Shown: positions 45,409-60,379 of the stretch, in pieces
Layout of the letters: the number at the start of each line of letters is the position of its first letter
Position numbering within the stretch: the first letter of the stretch is position 1
Assembly: GCF_009914755.1 (NCBI RefSeq)
Contig: NC_060928.1
From: the human T2T-CHM13v2.0 reference genome, Homo sapiens
Length of the DNA: 64,000 nt
Reading direction: 5' to 3' (one strand)
Position numbers and translations under genes: made by a program
The notes under the pieces: model-generated
The model's database searches: none
What the model was told of the DNA's origin: nothing
What the model saw: only the letters and a program-made list of their open reading frames with translations

Positions 45409-48218
45409 CCCTAAAATAGAATGCCTGACATCTGGATCACAATGTGTTAGGTACCTGAAAAAAAATGAAAATGTATATCTGGACAGATTTGTTGACCAGG
45501 TAAAACGAATTAGAAGAAACAAGCACAGATCAACAACTCTGTTTTAGCAAATGAGCATCAGTAGGCTTTGTGCTAGAGGAGTTATACTGATTACAAACAT
45601 TTGTCAAATAGCAACTGGGTATTAGGTTCAAGAGACAAATCAGTGCTAAAAGTTTAAATTCTTTGGCCGTTTTTGAAATGTTGGCTAAAAATTCAGAAAA
45701 TAAGAAAGAAAGGATATGAAATTTGCTATGTTAATAGGGGGCCAGGGAAACAAGGTAATCTGAAGCCACAAATTAAAATGAGTTTTAACTTTTCTGTCAC
45801 AAAACGTAGACAAATGTAAAAATAATATGTGGAATTTTGCTTTTCCCTTTTTAGTACATCTATCAGAAAATAGCTAAATTCTACCTGATAAAAAATGTTT
45901 CTCCTCTGAAAACGGTAACATGTTCTAGAAAATTCAACTGCTGTAAATAAAGACAGTGAAATAAAGAATTTTCTATATTTCTATTGATCAGGAATATTCA
46001 GAATCATATTTTAATGTCCTTGAAGTCATAGTGGTCATCCTTCATCCTGAACTGTATCACACAATTTTAAATGATTACTAAATTTTGTTGAATTAATTCC
46101 ATAATTTTCTCCATTATTCAAACTCTGTAGAATATAACACTATTAGTCAAAGCTAGAGGATATGAAGTTCAAATATGCTTTTACCACCAACATAAATTTT
46201 TAAACTTTCATTTTCATTTATAGAGTAGAAGAACTTTAAACTGTAGTCAAATATGATTCCTTCATTGAGTAAGAAGTTTCATTTCCCAATATCTATTATC
46301 TTTTATGTCTCTTATGTGTCATCTGCCCACAGTGCAGATGGTTTTGACAGGGAAAGATAGCACCATGTTGTAGTACAAAGAGATGTGGACTTAGATTAGA
46401 GACATATGAATCCCAATGCCCTAAATTATCTTAGATTTGAATCTCTGCTTTATATACTGCAAACTGTAGACAAACCAACATCTCTTCATCTTAATGTCTT
46501 CATCTGTAGGATGAAGGCCAGTGCCTGCCTTGCTGGATTCATATGAGGATCACGATATCGGTGAAACTCCTTTGAAAAACATGAATTGTTTTATAAATAA
46601 ACAGAACTGTAATCAAGGTCTCACATCATGAATCTGCATCTCTCATTTAACAGCAAAACAGAGAGTACTGCTGCTAGCTGCATAGCACATATATCTTAGA
46701 AAGGAGTTGTAAATAAAATTGTAATTACAACAAACTCAATTTCATCTAGTGACCATGAACAAATCATTTATCTGTTATCCCATTTGTGATATGAGTATAG
46801 TGAAAGGTAATTGGGTATATTGCGTTAGGTAGATTTAGAAGGAATAGCCAGGCACATTTTAGTTCTGTCCTACCAAGGAGAAACAGCCCATTAAGTTATC
46901 AAACTATATTACTGTGAAACTTATATTTTCTTACTTGTAACATTTTCAGCTTACAACATTTTTTTTTGAAAGACTGGGCCTAAAGCAACATTCTCGGGTT
47001 ATAACATATCTCCATTCACCCCATTTTTTATTTCTCAGAACAAAAGAAACATTTCTAAGATACTTTTACCATATTTGTATCCAAGCCAGATGTCAAAATG
47101 TAGCTGTCTCCTGTTTCTCAAAAAACACATAGCTCTTGTGCAAGCAAGTTCAGCGGAGAAAAACGAACAGGGAAGCCTGAAGTCATGTTTCCTGAAGTTC
47201 ACTTGTTTTCTCTGGCCCCTGGCCCCAGTAGCTTCATCAGCACTCCTCTGTTGGCATCCATATGACATGGTTTTATAATGTCTTACTTGTGCTTTCAAAT
47301 GCCAGGATTGCTGTGTTGCCCATCTCTTCTTTGGGGATTGAGAGTAGGCCTTCTGTTGTTTTTCATAATTCAGACAACAGTCAATACGGTACTTATCCCC
47401 ATGTGTGCTCCATAGGCAGCTTTGACAGACATCCTGGCTCCTGCTGCCCAACTTGAGTGTTGGAAAGTGGTGAGGAAAGAACTATACAACTGGGGTTTCC
47501 CCGTGCCCTGTAGGCAGATATCTATTGCCCCTACCCTCTAGTCAATCTGGCCGACTTGTTTCCCAACTGAGCATGGCCTATACTCTCCCACGTCCACATT
47601 TTGATTATTTTAATTATGTTGCTTTGACTGCCCAGATGCCCTACCTCTGCCTCTACTCCTGCTTTTGAATATTTTATTGTCTTTCAAAGATGTCTCAAAT
47701 GCTGCCACCCTGAGGCTTGCACATTCTTGCAAAATGTTGTCAGCTGTCTCTCTTATGAACATGATTCTTGATTTATAGTAATTGTTAGGTGACTTGCCAC
47801 ATTCCTCCTTGTAAATGCTTGCTTACTTATTTTCCTTATTGTTTGGCCACTCCACTAAAAGATACTAGCTGTATAACCTTGGACAAGTTATTTAACCCCA
47901 TTGTGCCTTTTTTCGGTTCATTAAATGAGGATTAAAAATAGTAAACCTACCTCATAAAATTGTTTTAAAATTAAATGTTAACATAAGTACAGAACTTAGA
48001 TCGGTGACTGGTAAATAGTAAATGTTATGTAAGTTATTGTTTTTATATTATTATTATGTATATCATATAAATTATACATATGGATGTGCATGTCTGTGTT
48101 TTCTAAGAGAAAATTAACTTATCCTTCCTTATATTCTCATTTGCCTAACCTACTCTCTGATATTGAGAAGATTCTGAGTAAATGTTTTTGAATAAGTAAG
48201 TTAAAAATTGAAGTCTGT

Positions 48219-49047
<829 letters not shown>

Positions 49048-52000
49048 TAATAAATGCAAATTCCAGAAAAAGTAACTGAATCCTTACTTTACTGTTTTAA
49101 TTACATGATTCATAACAATGTAAAATTGTTCAAATATCTAAACAGAATGTTAGTAGAGTATGATAAGAAACTAGATAACCCAGTGTTTCAATATTATGTT
49201 TATATGTGCAATTTTACCTTAAACAGTTTCAGAAGCACTTTCAAACAAACTAAATAGCATGAAATCCTCTCTTAGGAATTTTGTTTTTAATTTAAAGCAA
49301 TTGTTTTAAACTTACACATATCTTACTATGAAATCATCCTTCCATCAAATGCCTCCACCTTACCTTCGGGAAATGAATAGCCTTCTACATTTGGAACAAG
49401 GAAAATTTCCCCAAAGGTATGTAAAGCTAAAGCTGAAGGAATACTGTAGTAGACAAATTTCTTCAAAGTTTGCTTAAGGCATTCACAGGAGTTGCTTCTA
49501 AATTAAAATAAATATCAGATACTCCCTGATTTCGATTTGACCAGTCCTGATTTCTTTTAGGCAATGTCTATGAAGATTAGAAATTATTTTCACAAGTGAC
49601 CGAAATCTACCTAATAAATCACTTGAAGTTTTAAATGCTAACCTATCACTTCACAACAAGGAGGTATGCAATTCTCAGGGGCAGAATGAAGTCAGATGAG
49701 GCTCATTGTGCAGTACTGATAGAATATGAATAGCAACACCCTTCGCGCCTTGGGTAGGGCCTCACAAAATAAAATTTATTTCATTATTATAAGCTAAAAA
49801 CTTTTGGATTTCTGGGATGAAGAAAAGGAAGTTTACCTTCCAACATGAGCTTATTAGTTTTATTGATTCCCTTCTATTTTGATCTTACGTCCCGATGTGG
49901 GGGGAAGTATGTTTCTTTAATAACAATATTGTTTCTTCTACCAGAAAAGTTTTCCATTTTATTTCACCTTAAATACACTGCAAATTTATATTTTAAGAGG
50001 TTCATTTTTTATCAACTTATCACATTTATTCTACTACAGATTTTCACTGGTTTGGGTTCATGAAATGTATTTCTTGTCTAGAAATAATTTTTAATAGGTC
50101 TGTATTTAGGTAAGATCTAAGTGTGTACCTCCTGCTGATAAACTCATCGAAGTTCAGTGAAACATAAAGGCCTTCTGATAACTGATATGAATGGAATCTG
50201 GCAAACTGAGAAGAGATGAATATGATGGCTTTTAATAAGGAAAATTATTCATGAAGGATATGTATGTATGTCTCCTAGTTTTCTTTATTTTTTTAAATGA
50301 GATACTTCTCTGCTTAATGATACATGCATTCTTACAAGTTAAATTTCATAATTTAAATGTAAAATTGTAAAAGGAAAAGAAATACTTAGGGTACTATGGT
50401 GTGTTGCATTGTATCAAATATAATATTGAATACCCTTATGAAGGTACATTTGTATACTTTTATCTATCTTGACTTACTCCACAGGAACAACCTGCACTGG
50501 ATGTTACCTGCCCTCAAGTTGAAGCCGTCAGGCTAAAAATTGTATTTATTTTCCCACCATGTTTTCACTGAATTTACAATTCACATTTTCCGTTTTTAGG
50601 TCTTTTATGTTGTAAACACTTTGGTCAATAAAAAATAACTCTCTTAATTCTGTACTTGGAAGGGAGGGATTATTCCAGCCATATGAACACCTACTGGAAA
50701 TAGATTTGCAACAATATAAACTTTAAGACTCTGTTTAATTTGTCAAATAACACTTATTTTCTGATAGTAATAATAGAAACTTAAAAGGTCTTTTGTTTCA
50801 TTTGTCAAATAACACTTATCTAACAACAAAAGAGTATAATCTGTGTGGGAAATTGCTAGGTGTTCAAGTAGTATTATATGTTTGCTTCTAGCTTGGATTT
50901 CAGAAGTTGCTTGCTCCTCTGTGTTTAGATAAATGCAATGTCCAACAACTTGTGGTGATGACAATTCTAGTCTTTTATTACTCAGCTTGTTTTTGTTTGT
51001 TTGTTTGTTTTACCATTTGGTTTTCTTTGACCCGTAATCAAATTATCAAAGACTTGGAAGAAAGAACAAAAAAAAAATTGCCTCTTAGTTTTATAAATGT
51101 AAACCTGGGTTCCTGTTCACTAACTTCAATCTGCCAACCTGGAAACATGTAAATTCATTCATTATTTAGTTTCTATGTAGTTTTTTTCCAAATTAAAGCA
51201 ACTTTTTGAACAATTATATTGAGGTATTCAAAGCAGCAAGATGATTTGTACTGTGGACATAGTGTTACTTTGCATTTCCTCTATAGACTTTTATTAACAT
51301 GATTTTGAAACTAAAACTGATTTCAAGATTTTAGAATGCTCAAAAGCAAAGTTTTTTGCTACTATCTGGTACACCCCGTTGTTATAGGGATAGAAAACCT
51401 GAGTTAGGTTCTGAATGCAGCAATTATAGATTCGTGTATTGAGCCAAGTTCCTTAATCAATTATTCGCTATTCTCTTATATACTCTGTATCTCATCCATA
51501 GCCAACTTCTTTTTCCCTACTCTTGGTGCTCCTGGAATGAAACACCCTTCTGAGTCAGCACTGGTCCTCTCTTATATCATTTTATGCTGGGAGAAGGCCA
51601 GCTAGTTTTAATGTTAGCCTAAAGAAGTTCTTGTTATAATATCAACATTATAAAATCAAATATAAGCCATTTGGGAATTAAACCGCTTGTAGAATCATCT
51701 GAGAGTCTTCTGTCCCCAACCCTGCTGACATTCAGCTCTTAGAGTACCTTACATATCATAGTCTATAGGAATGGTGGCCCCAGGAGAATTTCCATTTATA
51801 GCCCTCCTTAATTTCTGCTAGTTCAAATGGTCCACTATTGACCCATCATCACATCTGTCAGGTGTGATTTCTCGCACCTGAAAATAGGGATTTTTTTTAA
51901 ATCATAGTAAGCTATGAAAAGGAGGAGGTCTTTTTTTTTAATCTTTTGAAGATTTGGAGGTCTTTATTTTTAATCTTTATATTCCAATTTGAACACATCT

Positions 52001-55000
52001 GATCTTCACTCAACATTATAATTGAATATAAATTTTCACATAAACACAATTTGGTCATATTAAAAAATAGGGCAACATAAAAATTATTTTTTAACAAAAC
52101 GACAATTTTAAGGCAGATAATAGAGATAATTTTCGAGTGTTTTCTATGTACAAAGTTCTGTGCTAAGCACTTGATAGGTCTTATTTAATTTTCACAAAAA
52201 CCCTGCGAGATAAGGTACATTTATGGTCATTTTCACATCCAGAGAGGCCAAGAGAGAAGGATGTCCTTCAGTTCATGTAATTAATAAGGCAAAGAGTAAG
52301 AATTGAATCCAAGTCTGACAATATCCCTAATCTCAAACTCTTAACCTATACAACCTAAAGATGTTTAAATGGGATATTTAACAGCAATATCAGTTATGAT
52401 TATCATCATTATCATAATTGAGATACGTCTAATACTCCACAACTAGAGTATAGTAAAAATTGTTGACTTCACTCTTCCTATCAAAATGTACATCTTCTCC
52501 CAAAATCCACCTGCTTCTTTGATTGGGTAACTTTGCTCTTTGCCATTTGCATATGGCCTGCTCAACTTTGCTTTTGCTTGCTCCATTCTCCTTACCAAGA
52601 AAACCCACATTGTTCCCTCCTCCACCAACTCATGTACTGTCTGTTCATCTGTTAGATAAATAAACATGCGTTAGCTATTGGAACCAGATTCAGAAATTAT
52701 CTCTTAGATTCTACTCATCCTTCTAAACTCAGGCCTAATTATTCCAAGTAGAATTATTACAAGTTTACTCTCTATTGCACTATTTAGTCAAATGAGTCAA
52801 ATTTAGTCAAAATTAAAGGACTATAATTTCTTCGTGGTTGTCACTTTGATTTTCCCAGCTAAATATTCAGCATCCTGGGAGTATTTCACATCTCTTGTAT
52901 ACCCCTGGAAACTTGCCTAGTATTATAGTATTATACACACAGGAAACATTTACAAGGTATTTTCGACTAATTTAGCAGCATTGGTGTTGTCATGCCTAAA
53001 TATGTTAGATGGAATGTCTGAAGTACATACTAAGAATTTCCCAGGGCTCAGTTTTTGCATGTTTTGGTAAAGTTATCTACACCAGAAATTCACTCTTAAT
53101 ATCTTATTCAAGGTGTTTTATCTGAGTTCTGAATACCATTCTGAAATCAAGGAAGGCAAATTCAGGATGATTCTGTCTTTTAGCTTCAACCTTTGACTTA
53201 TGTAATTATGTCATCTTTCTGACTATCTCTGACATTTTTCTATCTTTCTTGTTTTCTTTTTTGCTAAACCCCTTCTTTTTCCTATCTTCTCACCATCCAA
53301 CTTCATTTATAAATGGTAGACATAACTATGTGGCTTTTGTTTGATTTTAGTGTATTGTTTAGGAGTGTCTGATACCCAATTAATTAGTTTGATTCCATGT
53401 CAGGCTTATTTAAATTTTTTTTAATTTTTATAAAGGAATATAGCAATATTTGAATAAATATAATTTATAGTTTGAAATTCAGTTTCTTCTATCTATGCTT
53501 TTTTTGGTATCTTTTTGACTTAATTTTGACTTTGTACTTTGTTATTCTGCAATTTAATTCTTACTGATCAAATTAATAGTTTACTTGGTCATCATACAAC
53601 TAACTACCTTCTGCCCTTCTGCCTTCCAAGTTGGTAAATACCATGACTTCATAAAGAAATTGAAAGAGTCACCATTTTATAGTTACATCCCCACTCCAAA
53701 TTTAATTTCAAATATTCCAGAAAGCAATGCAAAAAGACTTAAGATGTAGATTAAATTGACCTCAAACTTCTCATCAAATTGCATAGAAAATGTGATTTTA
53801 ATCAGTGTCTTTATCTCTAAATAACAAAAGTTCTTTGGAGGAGTGTCCTGGAAAAGACGGTTGTAAACAATAGTACTGGTTACCAGACAGTGAGCTGAGC
53901 AGAAACTTACATGCCATGTTTGACCCCTTTCCTCCAGCCTTTGGCATCAAAGCTGTGAAAAATCGTGTTCATACTCTCTCCTGGTTATTTCTTATATTTG
54001 CATTCTCCAGTAAATATTTTCTTCCACTAATCCTCATTACCCTTTGCTTTGACTATCAATATAGCCCTTCTCCCTCTTACCCACTGTTACTAGAATTATT
54101 TTTCTAAAATACGGGCAGGAACATGCTACTTTCCACTTCTTAAGAAACAATTACATACACCAAAGTCGTTTGAACTTTATAAAATAAAACCTTAATGCAC
54201 CAACATATCTTCACACTCAAATATATCCTTCCATGCAACCTAACCAAACCAACTAAAACCATCCACGAAGTATTCTTGCTGTTTTGTTCATGGTCCCCCA
54301 TTGGCCGCTAATATTTCATCCTTTTCTTTGCAGATTAAAACTGAACATATTTTAAGACTCAGATTTAATATCATCTATTCTTTGAAATTGTCTATCCCAC
54401 CCACTCAGTGGAAATGATTGCATGTTTCTATCTTATAGTATTTTGCAAGCATATGCATATTTTAAATGTATGTTTCATTTTGCCTAATCTATATTGTTTG
54501 TCTTCTCCACTAATTATAAAATATTGGAAGTTGGGGATCATGAAACCTTCATATGTGGGTATCCTGTATTTCCTGGTATAGTGTTTTGTGCATGTGACCT
54601 CCGGATATTATCACCTTCCATCTCCATAGCCCTTGCCTGTAATGAAGCACTCTCCAACATTTTTTATTCATTTTTGAAAAATCAAATCTGAAGCAAAATT
54701 GTCCTATACCCCCTCTTCACATTATGGCTCCTGAAAAGAAACTCTATACATGATGCATTGGATTCATCACCCTCGTTTAACTTTTTTAAGCTTCATCAAT
54801 CCAGTATGAATTCACACAATTCCATTGTAATTTCCATCATCAGGGTCACCGGTGACTTGGACTGGAAGACCTGATTAACTATTTTCAGGACTTTGCTTTT
54901 TCACACTTGGTGATGCAGTTAACATTTGTGATTTACTTAAAACCTTCTCTCCTGATTTTTCTGACATATCTCCCTTCTGGTTTTTCCCTTTGCTTCCATA

Positions 55001-57038
55001 ACTGTTTTCTTCTAATATCCTTTTCTGAATCCTAGAATCTAGACCTCAGAAAAGCCAGGAGCTAAAGACACGCCCACGAATAATAAGGTTAGAGATATAC
55101 ATTAAGGGCAGCAGAGTGGATAAGATGACTCTTATCCACTGTGGATAAGAATGGATACAGGGAGAGTGCATTCTGTAAAAAGAAAGGAGGGACAAAGATG
55201 AAACCCAGGAAAAGCAAATTTATAAAGATAGTTGGCCAGTGCAGACCATAGACTACATTTAAAAACAACTTTTTCCTGGAAAAATATTCAAATTATTACA
55301 AGTTTTAGTGTGATACATTGTTTTAATATTATATCACTGTATGAAAAATAGAATAAACAAGTTGTTATCTACAGGTTATTTTCAGACTTGGGGTTCCATC
55401 ATTTTAAACGAAGGTAGTTATCTTTTACATTTATAGTTACAGTCTTAACAAAGAACTGGATTTTAATTTTTCATTCCATTTTAGTGACAGAGATGGTCAG
55501 AGGCATTTGGCCCAATAAAGGTGCTGACACCTCACAGATACAGCCACAACTATGGTGGGCTTGAAACAAAGAGTATTAAAATAGGGCTAGAATATCTTTT
55601 AAAAGGACAGGTCCTCAAGCCTGATATTCATAACTGTAGTTAAAGCTGAATCATGGGCAAAGATTAAGGCCAAGAGCTTTCAGCACTGGGACCAGGGGTC
55701 CTATGGGTCACCACCACCAGAGGTCAGCTGGAATGTGGCCTCAGAGGGAGAGAGAAGCCTGGGGTGAGCACAGGTCAGAATGAGAGATGTGCCAGTCACA
55801 GAAGCCAACCCTCCATCGACATTTTGAAAGCTAACCATTTTCAATTCTGCCTTCCTAAGATTGAGAGACAAGGTCACAATATGCCTACTGCTTCTTTCTC
55901 CATTTCTACAAAGCAGGGGATCAAACCACAATTAGAAAATTGCATTTCCTGTTGTGCTGAATGAGACTTTGTTCACCTGATCACAATATCTTTTCATAAC
56001 TTTAGTTTTCTATAATAAGATCCTGTCTGAAAAATAGTGTATGTATACTCAGGTTATTCTAATGAAATTTTAACCCATACAAAGAAAATTTCTACTTTTA
56101 TTTTCCTTGAGTTTAACAGCTTTATTTCTATTTTATTCCTTTTCATTCCTCTCTCAACTGTGGATGGAGTTCCTCCTTAATTTTACACTCAGCATTTCAA
56201 TTCCTGTAATATAAAAAGAAACTTTCATGGGAAATTATATGAATGTGCTTTTAGGTCATATCCATAGATAGCCTAAGGAAAAACATTAAAAGATGTAATT
56301 AGAACTAAGACATTACTCTCCTATAATGTGCCCTTCAAGTTTTGTTTTTGAAAATGTGTTTTCTGTTATTTATGGTTTTAGTATAACATTGATCATTACT
56401 TTTAATATTTAGTAAGAATAATATATATTTTTCTATTCAAATATTATCTCTAATTCTTCAGCCTAGTACATTTATTTGGGGTAATACATAGAATGTTACA
56501 AGGTCAACTTGTCACTCTTCAAACATATATTTGTCTTCATATTCTCATCCCATGGGCTTCAATGTGCTTTATAAAAGCTGGTAAAAATCACTCATAACCA
56601 ACACTGTGGAAAGTTGTGCAAGAGTTGGGGCAATTACAATATCTTCAGAATCTCATAAAATGATTTGGAAACCAACTGCCATGTGAAGATTGTTTTTATT
56701 CACTTCCTCGAAATCAGAATATTATGATCAATTTGTACAGGACCAGATGTCAAAGCCATGTGGAACTTCATATACCTCAGTCAACAAGATATTCTCTTTT
56801 TAATTTATCTTTGATAATGAATGATTTTAATTTATTACATTAAACATTCTGTGCTACAAGGACTATCTGTGGGTTGAAATATTACATTAAGCATGTTCAG
56901 CTAATAGATTCTGTCATTTAATCTTAATCTTTCATTTAGAGAAGTGAGAATCAATGTGTGTGTCAAGATAATTTTTTAATCCAATCTCCAAACCCAAAAG
57001 CAAATGAATAAAACTTTTGCTCTGATCATCTATTTCTT

Positions 57039-57307
57039 TTCTTTCTTTCTTTCTTTTTTTTTTTTTTTTTGAGACAGAGTCTCGCTCTGTCGGCCAGGCT
57101 GGAGTGCAGTGGTGCGATCTCGGCTCACTGCAACCTCTGCCTCCGGGCTCAAGCAATTCTCCTGCCTCAGCCTCCCGAGTAGCTGGGATTACACAGGTGT
57201 GCCACCATGCCCAACTAATTTTTGTATTTTTAGTAGAGACAGAGTTTCACCATGTTGGCCAGGCTGGTCTTGAACTCCTGACCTCAGGTAATCCACCATG
57301 CCTGGCC
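57039..57307 (-). mobile_element. AluS with an internal left-arm deletion
   Basis: 21-nt TSD tgctctgatcatct(a/g)tttctt at 57018-57038 and 57308-57328; left arm jumps gtaatccacc to atgcctggcc. Confidence 0.96.
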
Positions 57308-57614
57308 TGCTCTGATCATCTGTTTCTTAATTCTCTATTTCACCTCTAAGGACTGAGTTTGTTGTTGTGAAATAAATAAAATATTGTATTCTAATAATTT
57401 TTTATTTATCTTCCTCTTCCAATAAAAATGTGATTATTTTTAAAATGGGAAATATATCTCTTTTTCTATTTTCAATTTACTTTCCCCAATAGTTAACAGA
57501 GTATTTAGCAGATAGTAGGCCTACAAAAATATTTGACGAATGAATGAATAAAAGAAACATGCTTGCTTAAAAGTAGGCGTATAGCTTAGATGAAGGAAGA
57601 TCAAATATGCAGAT

Positions 57615-57845
57615 TACATTTATTGAGCAGTTACTATGTGGTAGATGTGATATGTGTCTTGCTTACATTATTCTGATTTAATTCTCCCATCAAACTGATG
57701 ACATAGATATTACTATCCACATTTTGCAGGATATAATATTGAGGCTTAGAGTTAAGTGTCTGGCCTAATGTCACACAGCTAATATATGATAGAGCTGCGA
57801 TTTGTACTTAAATTGACTCCAAAGTCTATGTTCTGTCTACTCCAA
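57615..57845 (-). mobile_element. MIR SINE
   Basis: catttattgagcagttactatgtg...cattttgcagg...tgaggcttagagttaagtg...gtcacacagctaa. Confidence 0.78.
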
Positions 57846-59748
57846 CACACAGCCAAGGATTAAAATGATTAGATGTCAGAATGTCTTCAGACTCATCTTT
57901 GAAGCCATCATTGATTTTATTGAAGAATCATTAATATATTATTAGATCTGGCATGTTTTTCAAAATAAATATGATTGTAAGTGTAGGGAACCTAAGTAAG
58001 AAGCATTGGTTTTTTAGCATAAATATTTCTACAGAGCATTTTATTCTGGAGAAAACAATTACTCCCTGCATAGTCTGATTATATAAAATATCAATTGTAC
58101 ATAATATTTATGAAAGTTTTCAAATCAACCTAGACTTTTTTCTTAATTTAGAGGCAGATTCTTTTGAGACATTATTGGGTTCAGGGTATTTGGCTTTTTG
58201 TACAAATGTCATATGGCTTCAGTTATGACACAAAAACAATTCCATTAGGTTTCAGCCTCAGTACATACACATCCATCCACATACTTGCCTAATGTCAGTT
58301 TATTAATTCACAGTGATTTTGAGCTCATAATGCCCAAGCTTGTGAATAATATATAGGAATTTTTGCATAATTCTCAAAATCTTTGTAAACCATTGCTACT
58401 AATAAATTAGTAAAAAAAAATCCTTGAAGTGGTTTTGGGAGTACTATGGGTTTTCAAAATATATTTTTGACCTACCTTATGAAATATATAGGTGAAGCTA
58501 ATTGGAAACAAAGATTAGCTATATTAAACAATGATTTTAATACCAAAGCATACAAATATCAATCAAAATGTCAAACCTCCTACTAAAACTACACAATTTT
58601 TCATATTAGAATTTAGTGGAGTCCATCAAAGGGAAAATATAATTGAAATATAAAATGAGTTATTGCATCAGGCTCAGTAAAAAATACTGAAAATATTTCA
58701 TTTTCAAAATTCCATGGGAAATTAGGGACTGTTTTGCTTCTCTGGATGACATTAGTGTTTAAAAAAAAATTAATGAGTTCCATTGGGCTCTCTTTGGCCA
58801 AAGTGGGTGATAAACTTAATTGATGAAGTCAAAATGCAGGTGAAATACCTTTGCATATCAAAGCTACTATAAATTTCAAAATGCTTTAATATGGATGCTT
58901 CTAATTTTTGAAGGGACATTTCAAATGCAGAACAAATGGCCTAAATTATTTCAATTAATTTTTTAAGAACAGAAACGTAAGTCATTTGAATAATCCCTTG
59001 GAGTTCCTGGTAACAAAACACATCCTATGTGAAATCCAGTCAATCTCCATCCCTTTCCCTAGATGCTTTTGCACAAATAGAACCATCACTAGTATTAGCT
59101 TTCTCTCTGAGCACCAGTATGCACCACAACTGTAAACTCCATGTCTCTTTAGAGATTATAAACAAAGACTAGCAATTCTGGAGATAAGAGGTTTCTGTCA
59201 TTTCTCAGTTAATTCTGCCTTTGAAGTACATATAGTGGAACTGTTTTCAGAAAGACAAATAAAGAGAAGTACCCGTACTGGATTTATTTCTTTTTTGTAA
59301 AGATGGAGAATAAACCACTTTATAATTTCATTGTCTTTCACTGTATTACAGTAATTGTAATTAAGAATATCTTTTGAACTGTAAAAGATATAGAAATGTT
59401 CAAAAGGAAGAAAAGCTCATAGTTTTCAAGAGAAATAGTTGTGTTCAATTTTATTCAGAACTTCTTTATTACACTTAAACTTAACGATTATTGCCTCCTT
59501 TGCATCTTAAAGCTATTTCAATAGGTTTTATTTTTAAAGCAATTCATTGTTTATTATAAATGTACTATTTCCCTCGTTATACTTTTAGTACTATGTGCCA
59601 TTGAGCATTTATAGATGGCACAAATATATTATCCAAGATCTGTAATATAATATTTAAATAAAAACAAAAACTATTTCTTATTTGCACAGGCATCCAGTGC
59701 ATATTTATTAAGATTAATGCATATTATTAAAAATTACATTTTTTTCAG

Positions 59749-59827
59749 ATCCAAGAAATTGACATAAATAATGAGCAAGAAAATGATTATGAAGAGGATA
59801 TTGCCTCATTTTCCACATATATTCCTT
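59749..59827 (+). CDS. BANK1: BANK1 internal coding exon (79 nt, phase 0 to 1; probably exon 8)
   Basis: Acceptor tttttttcag|ATC and donor CTT|gtaagt; encodes IQEIDINNEQENDYEEDIASFSTYIP plus 1 nt, in frame with the next exon. Confidence 0.93.
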
Positions 59828-60276
59828 GTAAGTTTTTCTATGTTATATATATATATGACATATTCATATATATATCACATATATATGTGACTTATGGAAG
59901 ATGTAACTGAAAAAGCAAGACTGAAGAGAATGTGGCACGGTATTTAATTAACTGATTGGCTTTTAATTTGTAATAGAGACACTACTACATCATATTCCTA
60001 ATTTAAATACTTTTAATAAGTTCAAGTTTTAAAAATCAAATACTGATTTTTCCTACCCAGAGGGAATACACAAATAACTCTGTTATGACTATGTGGACTA
60101 TTTGACAACTACATTTTTAAAGTTTTTTAAAAACTCATAACCACATTATTTGCAGACCTTAGTTTTCTCAGCTATGAAATGAGAATATTGAACTAGAATA
60201 CTCTCTAAGGTCCTCCCTGGCTCTAATATCTGTGATTCTACATTCTAATGTCTGAAGAATAATTCAGGATGTTCCT

Positions 60277-60372
60277 ACATGTATATAAACGTATATGTGT
60301 ATATAAATGTATATATATACACATATATACATGTATATATAAACGTGTATATATACGCGTTTATATGTGTAC
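60277..60372. repeat. Degenerate (TA/TG/CA)n repeat
   Basis: Seen directly. Confidence 0.9.
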
Positions 60373-60379
60373 GTAAACT

